DNA of 64,000 nt from Protoeuglena noctilucae. Lineage: Eukaryota. Under the pieces are notes generated by a model. It did no database searches. It had not been told where the DNA came from and saw only the letters and a list, made by a program, of their open reading frames with translations. The translations under genes and the position numbers were made by a program. The stretch's first letter is position 1. Every line of letters begins with the position of its first letter. Location: NCBI GenBank assembly GCA_958009085.1, contig OY253684.1:124001-188000 (forward strand), read 5' to 3'. Positions 45,227 to 57,929 of this stretch are shown one piece after another.

Positions 45227-46498
45227 ATGGCGGCGTCGATGCGCCTTGGGTGAGGATCCCCGCGCTGCTCGTGTCTCGCCGCGGTCGATCGTGCCACGAC
45301 GCCCTCCACCTCGCTTGCCAGACGTCACATGAGCGCCTGCGCCATCGAATCCAGTCCGCTGCTCGACCGCATTGCGTGCGTCGCCCACAGGCTGGCCGTC
45401 CCAGCCTGCGCGGGCCTGCAGTCCTTCCCAGCCCGCCGCGCGACCCGCTCCGTGGTCGCCCGCGCGTCCCTGGACACCAACCTGTTCGTGAACCTGATCC
45501 TGTCGGGGGCGTGCGGCGCGGCGGCCACGGCCGTGACGGTCTACACGAGCGAGAACCGCGACGCGGAAATCCAGCGCATCCAGACCGTGGAGGGCGCACT
45601 GCCCGTCGCCGGGGCTCTCTTCCTGGACGCCGCCATGCACTCCGTGCCCGGCCTCAACGCCCTCTTCCAGCTCCTCGGTGCGTTTGACAGGCCCCGGACG
45701 GGCCCGCTGCGGCGCTCCTCATGTGCATGGGTGTCCATTGCGACTCCGCTACCTCCACCCCCATCCCGCAGCTGAGCCGGCGGGCGCGGCATGTGGCGTT
45801 TCCTACATGATGCTCCTGCTCCTGTCGTCCAAGGCCGTCGACCCCAACACGCTTGCACCCAAGGTACGTTTGCTGAAAGTGATACGAGAGACAGTCCATC
45901 CAGCATACGCAAACGGACCTGCTTCTCTGTTTGTAAAGTGGAATGTCGTGCTTGAATGCGCAAGGCCGTTCGCCCTCCCGCCCCTCTCCGCAGGGTACAG
46001 TCCTGGCGGCGGAGAAGGCGGCGGACAATCGTGCTCTGGCACGCGTCCCCTTCTTTCAGATCATCCCCACGGCCCTCAAGGTCACGGACTTCTCCAACTC
46101 TGGGTTCAGCGGCGCGGGGTGGGAGGTGAGGGGGCGGGCAGGGGCACCGTTCAGTGTGTGTTGGGCCAAACGCTGCAAGCAAAGCGCTTGGTAACCACCT
46201 CTTACGCTGCGCACGAGCTAGCTTACCGCCACCTGGCCTGGCGACTTCACACCCATGCCATGCCACGTCTTGCGCTGTGCATCGAGCCCCCCAACCTCGC
46301 CCTTCCTTCCAGGTGGCAGAGGACGGCCTCCCTCGCCTCCCCGTCACGTCGGTCGCCATCGTGGTCGGCGTCGGCGCCCTCATCCTCGAGGCTGCCTCCC
46401 ACGCCCCGGTTCTGACGGTCTTTATGCCCCGCGTGCTCACGTGCGCCTTCTGCCTGGCCGCGGTGGGCGCCGTCCTCGACCGCCGCGACCGCAAGTAG
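45227..46498 (+). CDS. Unknown plastid-targeted multi-pass membrane protein
   Basis: Five in-phase exons, a transit peptide ending RSVVARA, several hydrophobic helices; ends DRRDRK-TAG. Confidence 0.72.
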
Positions 46499-46769
46499 AC
46501 GCAGGGTCCTTACCTGTGGTGCTGTTGGACGCGGTCCACCCCTGCGCTCCGAGACAGCCCCAGCTTTGTGTACCAATTCGTTCCCACCCGCCCACATTTG
46601 CTTGAATCGATGTCAGGAAACGACAGAGACCGACTAGGCCTCTGGGTTTTGTCGCTGAACGTTGCTGATCACGTCCAGCATTGAGCACTGACAGCTCTCC
46701 TTGCTGTATCCCAGGCATCCATCCCCGGGAGGGTTGACGGTGTGGGCTCAGCCGCCAATCCACCTCCCT

Positions 46770-49700
46770 ATGTTAGCGTCTCCCAGCACTTTGCCCAGCG
46801 TCTCTGTCTCGTCAACATCCAGCAGGTTACGTCACTGCCGCTCGCCTCGGCTTTCGCCCGTCGCGCGCTCTGTCGCAACGGAGATGCCGAAGACGACGGA
46901 TACGGCGGCCCTCGGCGTCGAGAGCGTCGCCATGACCATCCGGCCCCCTTCCGCGCTTCAAGTAGCGATCCTGGGCATCGGTGCGCGGCGTCGTGGGCCT
47001 GCGCACGTGTCCCCTGTCGAGGAAGGGGCAGAAGGAACTCACCTATTCCCCTCATCCCCTGCAGTCGGATCGTTCCTCGATTTTCTCGCAAAAACGATCC
47101 CCTTCAAAGTCTCGAAGCTTCCCATCAGGGCTCCTGAGCCGTGGGCTCCCCGAAGGCCCTCGACGACCCGAGAGATGGACGACGCGCTCATGGCCCTCGA
47201 TGCAGCCAAGGACGAGGTGCGCCGATCGCTCCCTGCGCGTTCCGTCCGCCTCACGTGGTTTTCTAAGATCGGTCATGTGCCCTGCCGGTGCCGTCACCGC
47301 CGACGCGCCCCTTCCCGGCGCGCAGTGGGTCCAGACGTCGATGCGCGAGCGTGCCTCGCTGCTGCGCGAGTGCATCAAGTTGGTGCGCCAGCAAGCCATG
47401 GAGTTCGGCGAGCTCCACGAGAAGTACAAGGGCACCTACGGCGAGGGCCGCGGCATTATGGCCGCGGAGTGCGTGCCCCTCATCAACGCGCTTGCCATGT
47501 ACGCCAGAGGCCTCGAAAGCGGCTTCCGCGAGCCCTTCCCGTCCCTGCACAAGCTCCCCACCGGCCAGACGGCCGTGGGCGTGTTCCCCTTCCTGCCCCA
47601 TGACCCCCTCGTGAGTCCTTGCCCGCTCGGCACTGGGGTCCCCAACTACAGCCCTTCCGTTTTTACACCCCAACCCGTTCGCCCTGTGCTGCACCCACCC
47701 ACCTCTCACGGGGCGCCCTCGCAGGTCATGGGCCCCGGCACGGCCGAGGTGTGGGTGCGCGAGGGCCGCCCCGTCACGCGCGCTGCGTTGTACCAGCAAA
47801 AGTCTCGTGAGGGTCCCGGCAAGGGCGCCGTGTCCCTCGTCTTGGGTGCGGGCAACCAAATGACGATTGGGATATTCGACGCCCTGCATCAGCTCATCGC
47901 GGAAGACCACGTCGTCCTCATCAAGGTGACTCCTCTCCGTTGGCGAAGGGGGAGGTGACGCAGATGAGCGTAGGGCAGCAAGCACGTGGATTGTTGTGTT
48001 TTTGCGATGACGCCTCGACTCGAGGCGCGGTGCTGGCGGTGGCACCTCGCACATGCATCCCAGCCCAGCCCTCATGCCGACCCCGAGCCCCTAGCAACCG
48101 CCTGCACGCTCCCCACCACCGCCTGCATGCTTCCCACCACCCTCGCAGATGAACCCGGTGAACGACTACCTGGGTCCCTGGTACGAGAAGGTCCTCGCAC
48201 CCCTCGTGGAGCGCGACTGGATTCGAATTGCGTATGGTGGGGCCGAGGCGGGTCAATACCTGGTCTCCCACAAGCTCGTCGACGCAGTGCACCTGACGGG
48301 GTCCCAGGCCACGCATGACGCGATTGTGTGGGGCCCCGGCGCGTCCAAGACGGGCAAGCCCCGCCTGGCCAAGCCAGTGACGGCGGAGCTCGGGAACGTG
48401 ACGCCGATGGTGATCGTTCCCGGGGATTGGACCGAGGCTGAGATGGAATACTGGGCTGAGATGGTTGTGTTCGCCAAGTACCAGAACGCGGGGCACAACT
48501 GCGCCGCGGCGGAGGTGCTGGTGACGGACCGATCCTGGCCCCTACGCACGCGCTTCCTGGCCAAGGTCAAGGCCGCTTTCCAGCGGTACCCCAGCAGGCG
48601 AGGAGACTGTTGAGATGTGCAGATTGCATGGCATCACAAACCGTGGTTTGAGCAGTGATTGAGGGAACTGATGCGATTAGTCAGGCACTTGCGTGGTTGG
48701 CCGTCCCAAGGTGCAGTACCCCTGCCCTGTCATCGCCTAGACAAACACCTCCCCTTGCACACAGGTGGTGTTTCTACCCCGGCTCCGACAAGAACGTCCA
48801 GCTGTTCCAGAAGACCTTTCCCGACTGCCAGTCCTTCCATGCCAGCGACGCGGCGCAGGGCACGAGCCCTCTCCTCTTCGCGGAGGGTCTCACCGAGGAC
48901 GAGTGCAGGGGGGCCACGGAGTCGTGGTGCACGGCGCTGCAGGAGGTGAGGGGCTTGGTCTGGGGGGCTGAGACAGTCGTGGTGTGCGGGGCTGCAGGAG
49001 GTGAGGGGCGATTGGGGTAATGGTGCACGGCTGAGGCAGTGGTGGTGCACGGCGCTGCAGGAGGTGAGGGAGGGGCAACTCCACGGTCGTCAGACTCCAA
49101 GCTAAGACTACTGAGTCAGTAACACATGACTACTGAGTCAGTCACACACAGTAACACGCATGCGTCGCAGGTCGCTTTGGACAAGTGCGCGTCCGTGGAT
49201 GACTTCCTGAAGCGTGCCGTGCGCTTCTGCAACGACCGGCTGTACGGCACCCTCGCGTGCTCGCTGGTTTGCGACGGGAGGACGGAGAGGGCGAACGAGG
49301 CGGCCGTGGAGAGGGCCATCGCGGAGGTGAGTCGAGCAGTGGCGGGCTGCATTGGTGAGACCGAATGCCTTGCATGGTGTCAGTCGCGTTAATGAGCACT
49401 CGCATGCTGGAGAACTCGCTTGCTCGAGCACTCGCATGGCGAAGCACCCTCTCTCCGGCCCATCGCGTGGCCCCTCTCGCCTGCTTGGCCACGACCTGCC
49501 ACGCCAGCTCCCCCGCAGCTGAGGTACGGCGCGGTGTGCGTCAACCACGCCCCCCTGATGGGTTACGGCGTGCTGCAGCTCCCCTGGGGTGCGTGGGACG
49601 CGGGGCGCGGCAACGACTTGGCGGACATCGGCACGGGCGCTGGCTTCGTTCACAACGCGCTGATGCTGGAGGATGTCGAGAAGGGCGTGCTGCGGTGCGT

Positions 49701-50073
49701 TGGGTTTCTAGTCGCATGGTCGATTGTTGCAGCACATTGAGCGTCACCCTCAGAGGGGTTAGGTACCCTGGTTGCACGTCCTGTCATGCCAGTACCCTGT
49801 TGGCACACCAGTTGTGCACGTCATGTCCTGTCAACTGTTGGCCATGCCATGGGGTGTGTCCGCCTAGCCTGGTTGCCGCCTAACTTCGGCCAATGACCAC
49901 GCGTTCGCCCCTCCTTCGTGTTCTCCCTCAGGTGCCCCTTCATCATCAAGCCCAACCCGGTGGTCTTCCCCCGTTTCCGCAATTTCCATGGCATCGCGCA
50001 GCCGGCCGTCGCCTTGGCTGCGGGCGACCAGACCGCTGCCGTGCGTTTGATCATGAACGTCCTCCGCGGCTGA
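46770..50073 (+). CDS. Aldehyde dehydrogenase family protein with Ser/Arg-rich presequence
   Basis: Motifs LVLGAGN, KMNPVN, HLTGSQATHDAIVWG, AELGNVTP (Glu), NAGHNC (Cys) and LRYGAVCVN. Confidence 0.9.
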
Positions 50074-50331
50074 CGTCGCTGTGGCATTGGCGTTGTGACA
50101 TGGTTCGAGTAAGCTGACGTCGCGGTGGCATTGTGACATGGCTGAGCAAGTGCCAGAGAGAGCACGTGCGGACTTGGGGTTGCCTGGTCGAGCTGGGATG
50201 CGCAGCAGGGGTCGCCAGCTTGCAGGTATGCCCCCGTGCCAGATCCTAGCTTGGAGAGCACAGCGCAGTGCAGCGCAGCATAGCGCAGCACGTTCGGTTC
50301 AAGACTCAGCAGCGGACTTGGTAGTAGTACT

Positions 50332-52159
50332 TCACAGGAATCCCCGTTTCATGCCCTTGGCCTGCCTGGGCGCCTCGGTCTTGATTACCCACGCCCTCAC
50401 GGTCCCATCGCTGCCGCCCGTCAAAAGCGTGGTGCCGCTCATCCCCGCGAAAACCACCGCTGATACCTCCCCTTTACCCTCGGGGCCAAAGTGGTGCAAG
50501 GTGCACATGGCGTGACTACCCTGTACAGACCTGGGACGAGAGCAGCGGGGGTTGGGATGTGCTTGTGCTTTCTCTGCTACAGCACCAGTACGGTACCACA
50601 TGCCCCACAGGCACATGCCTATATGTCTGGACTAGTAGTGCTATGCTATGCTATGGTATAACAATACTCACCTGACGATGACAGTGCTGGTGACGAAAGG
50701 GCCATTGGACCCCGTTGCCATCAGCGTGCCGTCCTCACAGACGGCGAGGCACACAGGGAAGGCAGGGTCTGAATGCCGACCCTCAAGGGAGCGCAGGCAG
50801 ACGCGGAGGGCCAGGTCCCACTCCCGCACCTCGTTGTCTGAGGAGGGTGGGGTGCAAGGTGCATGGACGTGGCGACAAGCGTGTTGGCGTTCGTAGTGAG
50901 CGGTGTGGTTCCGCAGGCAGTGCAACTTGATCTCAAGCGAGAAGCTAGATGAGAGCTGTAGTCCCTCACAGTCGTAATATCAGACATGGTTATACCTAAA
51001 CTCGCTTACTGGTGCCATGTCTCACCTGCCCCCGTGGAGAGGAGGCGGTCGCAGGTGGGGAGGAAGGCCACCCCACGCACGCCCCCACGGTGCGCACGGA
51101 GGCAGAGATGCTCGTCGCCCGTCTCCGCGTCCCATACCCTGCATCGGGAATGAGATGTGTTTGGTAAGCAGCTTGCGTCATGTACCTGGCTTGGTGCACC
51201 ACGCTGCACATGCCATGCCCATAGCTTCTGTTGCCCACCCCCCTCTCGGCTCACCTCACGGTGCCGTCGTAGCTCCCCGTCGCGAGCAGTGAGCCGTCCG
51301 ACGACGCTCCCAGCGACAGCACGGCGCCCGTGTGCCCCGCCAGCCGCGACACCAGCCGCCTCTCACGCGCGTCCCAGACCTCAGCGGCGGTGTCGTCGGT
51401 GCCCAGCGAGGCGAAGGCCACGCGGCCGGACCCGGGCAGGAATGCCGCGGCGTGGCAGGCGGGCGGCGCGGGTGCAGATGCAGCGCTCGCGTCGCTGTCA
51501 CGCTGCGATGCACCGACCATCAACGACGCCGCCACGCTGCGGAGGTAGTACCCTGGGCCGTGGACCCCGTGCATGAACACGTAGCCCTCTCTAGGCCCCC
51601 GGAAGCCCGGCGATCGGATGTACTCGGGCCCGGGAGGGTCCTGTCCCTGTGTGACGCTGACTGCAACAGAGGGCGTCTCGGTGTCGGCGGAGCTGACGCG
51701 CGACTGCGGAGAGGCGTCCCCGGACGTAGCTTCCCCGAAGCACTGGCGTCGAGAGGGGCGGGCAGGCTTTGACTCTGCCGACTCGGCGAGCTCCCTTGCG
51801 CCGCCCAGCGCAGCGACCGTGCCATGGGCGACGCGGATGGCTCGCGGGCGCGCGGGGCCTCCCAGGAACTTGCCGGTGATGGACCCATCGAGCAAGCTCA
51901 GTCGCACGACGGAGCCGCGGGAATTGGGGCCGGATGCGTCGCGGGGGGCGTCGAGGCCGACGTAGACCTCCTGCGGGCCCATACGCGCGCGATGAGTCTC
52001 GAGGCGGGCCGATCGATAGCTCATCACTTGCTTAAAATGCTTAGCTTGCTGACACTGCACCTGTGACTCCTCCTCCACGTGCAGAGCCGTCACGCGGGAG
52101 CCCAGCCCTGTGACCTCCCAGGCGAGGGCGGCCTGGGCGCGCACCCGCCTATCCGACAT
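50332..52159 (-). CDS. WD40-repeat protein
   Basis: Motifs LAGHTGAVLSL...LLATGSYDGTVRVWD, AHRGGVRGVAF, GHSDPAFPV and LLTGGSDGTVRAW. Confidence 0.85.
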
Positions 52160-52712
52160 CGCAGCGGTGCTGAGCGCAGAGTGATGTTGATGGCAAGGAC
52201 AGCTGGGGTCCTGAGCAGCAAATACGTAGCTCTTCCGTGCGCCAATCGCCGCAGGACTGTTAGTCTTCCCGGCGCTCGCTTGCAGTCCCCAAGAGGTAAC
52301 TTCGGCGCATCTGATGCCAGGAACCTTCTGCAGCATATCGATATCACATGATGACTTTGCGAGCGTGGGATGAGGTCCTTTGCGATGCAAAAGTGTGCAA
52401 GAAACCCATCGGCCAGTATGGCTTCCAGTGGAGTGGGCGAGGAACGCAAGAGGGAGCGCAGATGTGTTTGGTTTTACATCACACATCCCACAAAAGGCCT
52501 GTGGTACAGATATAGATCGTTTTAGGTCATCTTCTGGGCACCGCACCCTTTCAGCTGACCCAGCTTATCTCTGTCAGTGCCGAAGCATGCATGTTATGCG
52601 TGATCCTTTCCGCTTCGCGCAGCCCGCGCCGGGAGCCTGGGTGTGCGCTCGCGCACGCTCCTCGCGATGGGCAACGCTCTGGCTCTGCGCGACGCGCCCG
52701 GGGGCATCCAGC

Positions 52713-53906
52713 ATGGATGGGCAGGAAATATATTCGCATCCCGCCATCTACGAAATGGCATTTAGCTACAGGCAGATCGCTGAGGGTGAGAATGCGTGTC
52801 TGCCGTGTTCTGCCCGTGCGCGAGCGTGCAGGCATGCATCCTCGCGTTCCACGCCCGTGTCTCCCCGCGCAGAAGTGGCATTCGTCCGCGATGTGTTTCA
52901 GTCTGCGCGAGGACGCGAGCCACGCACTCTCCTGGACTGCGGCTGCGGGACAGGCCGGCACTGCGTTGCGGCCGCCCAGGCCGGGATGCAAGCTACGGGA
53001 GTGGATTTGAACAGTGACATGGTCGCTCACGCGAATGACGTGGCGCAGTCGGAGGGCGTCGAAGTGGTATTTCATTCTGGGGACATGAGGAGCTTGGACA
53101 ACCTGGCATCGAGCACGTTCGATGTGGCCACCATATGGCTCGGCACGTTCATGCACCTGACAGACGTGGATGACGCCGCCAAGGCCACGGCTTCAATCAC
53201 CAGGTGACATAGGGAGGACAGGGCAAAGCGCGCGACGCTGCATGCTCTGCTGCATAGAGCCTATCGAACGGATACCGTCATGAGGCAACAACCAGACCTG
53301 CCCCATTGCATCTGCCCGCCCAGGCACCTCAGCCCGGGCGGGCTGCTGATCGTCGAGGTGGCGCACCCCGGTGACCTCTTCGACGGGTCCATGACCAACC
53401 CTGACGTGCTTGGGTCAGACCGTTGGGAGCAGACGGGGGCGGGGAGCGCTCCCGGGGTCAAGTCTCTCGAGGTGAGCGACGCATGGTCGTGGGTACAATA
53501 TCTGGAAACGTGGATTTCTTACTCTGCCAGCCAGCGCACATGTGCGTATGATACACATGATGGCAGAGAGGTGGGTGGGTGCGGCGGTACGCATCGGTAG
53601 CCTGGGGCTCCCAAGCCTTCCCCTTTCCCCTGCCTGCAGGTCCAGTGGGGCTCGCCGACGGATGACTTTGACCCGACGACGCAGGTCCTGTCGCGGACCG
53701 TGACGATCGTCGCGCGGGGCGAGCGGCCCTTGCGCCTGCAGAGCGTGGTAAAGCAGAGGCACTACACAGTGGGGGAGTTCTCGCTGCTGGCCAAGCTGGC
53801 GGGGCTGCGGGTGCTGGGACTGTACGGGGAGGCTGACGTGAAGACGGGTCTGTACGATGACGACGCCTACCGCATGATCGTGGTGATGGAGAGACCTCTT
53901 AAATAA
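52713..53906 (+). CDS. Class I SAM-dependent methyltransferase (start may be upstream)
   Basis: Motifs LLDCGCGTGRH, GVDLNSDM, GDMR, FDVA and HLSPGGLLIVE. Confidence 0.88.
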
Positions 53907-54073
53907 GCTCATGAATGGTCAATTGGTAGGCATGTTTAACACGTCCAAAAGCCAAGCGTTTCCATGATTTCAAAAAGGGTTGCCGCAAACGAGTTCAGCA
54001 GACGAGTTGCCAGGTGCAGGCAGTCCACGTGCCCCTGTCAAGCACTGCAGCACCGCCCGTGCGAGTAGCGTCA

Positions 54074-55655
54074 CTACTCGTCCATGTCCGCCAGCTCAAA
54101 GGCAAAGTCGTCGCGCTGGACGTTGGAGCCGTCCTTGTTGAGCGCGTACTGGGCGAAGATGTGGCCGAACTGCTTGTCGTACACCTCGTCCTGCACCCAA
54201 GGACACGACAGCGAGCGTTGGCATGCGATCACGTGGCTGCGTCGAGGGCCAGCGCACCCCGACATAGCACGATACGGATCGAATAGCACATACTACAACA
54301 TTTATATGGATGGCGCCACCCACCTCGGCCACCGTCTCGAGCTCGACGTCCGACAGCGGGAATGCCACGCACATGAGCGCGTACCCCTCCTCCCGCAGGG
54401 ACCTCGACACCCCCAGCGCCTGGTACTGGAACAACTCCCCAGACTTGACCTTGACGGCACACGCGGTGCAGCAGCCCATGCGGCACGCGTAGGGGAGCTC
54501 CAGGCCCTTGTCCTCCGCCTCCCACAGAATGTAACGGTCCTCGGGGACGTCCACCTCAAAGACCTGAGGCAACAGAGGAGCTGGCAGAGTCAATTATATA
54601 GCTAGCAAGTGACTGGCATTGATTCTCATACATGCTGCGGCGCAGGTCGCAGGTGTCAGCCCCCAGAGTGGCACAGCGAAGCGTTGCCCTAGCGATTTCA
54701 GGTCTCCGACCGTCCCACGCTTGCCTTGCCGGTCGCGGTGTCCTTGATCGAGACGCGGTGCGTGGGGGCGTCCGACACGCTGCGGCCCTCCCCGGTGCCC
54801 GTCCCAAACGCAGCACGGCCGAGGTGCACGTCGCGCCCACCCACGAGCCTGCATGAAGCCCCAAAGCACGTGTCATGCACATGAGTGCAACAGATGCTTT
54901 CCCATGAACTTAGGCATTTTTGGCGTCTATTGCCCTGCATATGTGCAAACCGCACCTGGAGCCGGCGTTAAACTCCTCCTCGACAAACAGGTCGACGCGA
55001 CCACCCTCCTCGTACCGCCGGCGCCACTCCTCCGTCGTCATCGTCGCGATGCTCTCGCCCCTGCCATTCCCGTCACGCGTGGCGGCCTCCCCTTCCATGC
55101 CGCTGAGGTCCATGGCGTTGCCCGTGCGGCCGTCCGCTCGCTCCCCCACGTCTCCACCCAGCGTCAGGCCAATGGGGCCCAGCGACACCTGCGCGGCCTC
55201 CGCCAGGCGCTGAGCGATGGTCTTACCGTTGGAGACCGTGACCACCTTCGCAGACTCGCCCCCCTGCGGCGCGCGAGGGCGGGATGAGCGTGGAGCGGAC
55301 GTGTGCGAAGCGAAGGATTGGCACGCGCCGCGTCCGCGGGTCGCTATCCGCAGCGCGGTGCATCCGCAATGAGACGTACAGGCAAAGAAGTCGCCGGCGC
55401 GCAGCGATAACGTCGCTATTACGAAGCGCAAGGGACCCACGCCCCCTTCGTGGCAGCCTTTCTCGCGATGTAGGGACTTAAAGCCAAGAGTTGGTCCTCG
55501 AAACACACCTTCATCTTACAAAGCGCAGCTGGCGTGCGCGCAATCACCTCTGATGCCCGGGGGATGACGCGCAGCCTGCCCCTCGCTTCGCCGGGTTGGT
55601 TGGGGGCCACGCGCACTGTGGCTCGCCCGAGGGCTGCAGCGAGAGAGCACGACAT
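54074..55655 (-). CDS. FDC2: Plastid [2Fe-2S] ferredoxin C2 type (FDX6-like)
   Basis: Motifs VPEDRYIL, LPYACRMGCCTAC and GYALMCV, with C-terminal extension EDEVYDKQFG...RDDFAFELADMDE; the transit peptide is encoded in exon 1. Confidence 0.9.
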
Positions 55656-56294
55656 CGCAGTTATATGAAGTACCCAACGCGTATACAGAGGCGAGCGGCG
55701 ATGGCCCCACGGGTCAGGTCCACCGGAGGATATGCGCGAGGGGCAGCGCCTTCCAGCAAAGACGACAACCGAGCAAACGATGGTGCGGCCGGAGCAACGG
55801 ATCGCGTTTTGACGGAACGAGGCGGGGAGCGTGAGCAACGCGTCCGGGGCGTCCGCAGGCTGGCGACCGCCCCGGTCGGACTGACAAGAGATTGCGCCAA
55901 AGGGGCGACAGCCGGGGCACCCTGCGCAGTCCGAATCCCCTCCTTACCTTGTTTGTCGGTGCCGTGGTCGTTGTGTCGCGGGTCATGCAGACGGCGCCGA
56001 GGAGCCTGGCCTCCGCCCCGTGCGTGAGCCGCGCCGATGCAAGGTGCGTGAACGAAAGCGTTTTCATCTTTCTGCGCTAGTCCGGCTGGGATGGCAGGGT
56101 CTCCTCCCCGCGCCGACGGCGAGCGGAGCACCGAGGGCCAGTGGTGCCCCCGGCTGTGCCTCCCGTGCCCTGGCTGCACGGAGAGGCGTGCTTAACAACG
56201 ATTGGGGTTGGAGTTTGCCGTTTCTAAGCGCCTTGGCGTCTCCCCGCCGCCCCGATCAATAGGCACCGCCATGGATTTGTGCACGGGCGTTCGA

Positions 56295-57583
56295 ATGGCG
56301 TGCACGGTACCCCGCGCCTCCGCTTGGGGGGATGCGCTTGCGATCCCCATCTCCGACCTCGTTTTCCGCTCGCTCAATCGGGGATCCGCCTCTCGACCAC
56401 GGAGCGCGCGCAGCAACGTGGCCCGTGCATGCGGGATCCTTCCTGCCGCCCTCGCGAGGCGTTGCGGGCGGCGCCAGTGACCGCCATTCCTGCGAGCGTG
56501 GCTTGTGGCATTGTGGACGTCCCCATGTAGCCCGGGATGTATCGCGGTCGCTGTGCCCCGCCCCCTGGCGGTTGATGGCGTTGTGCTGAACGCGCGGCGT
56601 CCCCGTGGCTTGCAGGAGGGCGTCGGTCGTTGCATGCTCGTCGCGCGTGGATCGCCGGGCTGCGCTGGCCGGGGTTCTCGCGGCGGGGTCGCTCTTGACG
56701 GGGACGGGCCGTGCTTGGGCGCTGCTCCCCGACGACGATGACGAGGAGCTCCTGCGCCGCACGATGGCCAACCGCAAGTGAGCCAAAGCTCCCGGCGACA
56801 TATGTGCGGGGACAGGAGGCCTGCCCTAGCAGCGCGTGACCAGGGTTCACAGGCGGAGTCTCAGCACCGCAGGAGGGCTTGCCGTGCTTGGCGAAGCGGG
56901 CCCGCGACGCTGTGCTGTATGGGCGACAGGATGGCATTTGGCTGGCAGACATCGATATTACCCGTCTCCCGCAGGGAGCGCATGGCGGCGGAGCGTGTCC
57001 GCGAGCGCAAGTTCATGGAGTCGGAGGGCCTGGTGAACAACCGCCTGGCGGCCAAGATCGGCCCTGCGCAGGAGGCCGTGAACCGCATGGTCAAGGCGGG
57101 CGCCTCGCTGTCCAAGGACGACGCGGCAGGGACGGTGGCGGCGCTCGACGGCGTCAAGGGTGAGGGCCAACGCACGCCGCCCACGCTGCCGGCTGCGACG
57201 CATTGGCTCTGGACTGGCACTGTGCCGACGGGCGTGACTGCCGCGTGCGTGACTGCGATGGATGTTCTGTTGCTGGGTGCAGGCAAGATCGGCGACGCCC
57301 TGGGGAGGCTGTCGACCACCGATGAGGCGAAGGAGCTCGTGGGCACGGTCGCGGAGGGTGTCGGGGCGATCTCGGCCGCGGCAAGCAAGGTAGGGCGTGC
57401 AGCGTGGCTGTCACACATGCATCCCAGCCACGCTCGTTCCATCGGCCTGGGAGCGACTCCCTGGCTCTCCCGCGGGCGCAGGGGGACCTGTCGTCAGCCA
57501 AGGCGGCCTACATCATCGCCGTCGACAGCTTGACGCAGTGGGCGGCTGCGGCTGGCGTGCGGGAAACCCTCAAGTCGCTGTGA
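56295..57583 (+). CDS. MPH2: Thylakoid lumenal 16.5-kDa protein (MPH2-like); 5' exon unresolved
   Basis: Twin-arginine signal DRRAAL...AWA followed by LLPDDDDEELLRRTMANRKER, then helical exons ending LKSL-TGA. Confidence 0.72.
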
Positions 57584-57929
57584 GACTGATGCGTGCTTTC
57601 CTCGTGAGACGTCCGGCTTGAAATCCAGCAGTGGCTCTTAGGTCCTCCGCGCAAGGCTGGTCGCTGTGGGCCAAGAAGTGGCAAGAAGTGGCCGAAGAAA
57701 GCCAATGACGACGTGGACTGGCGTGTCTGGCAACTCACACGGCAAGCCAATCGCGTCAGATTGCGTACAATGAATCGTACAAGTGTCGATTGCATCGGGC
57801 ATCGGCCCGGTCGGCGCCATCGGCGCGACGGATAGGCGAGATTTCGTGGGGGCCTAATCGACGCCGACCACACGGCTTGATTCGGAATATCCGCGGCCTT
57901 TGTGCATCGCAGTGACGACCTGGACAACG

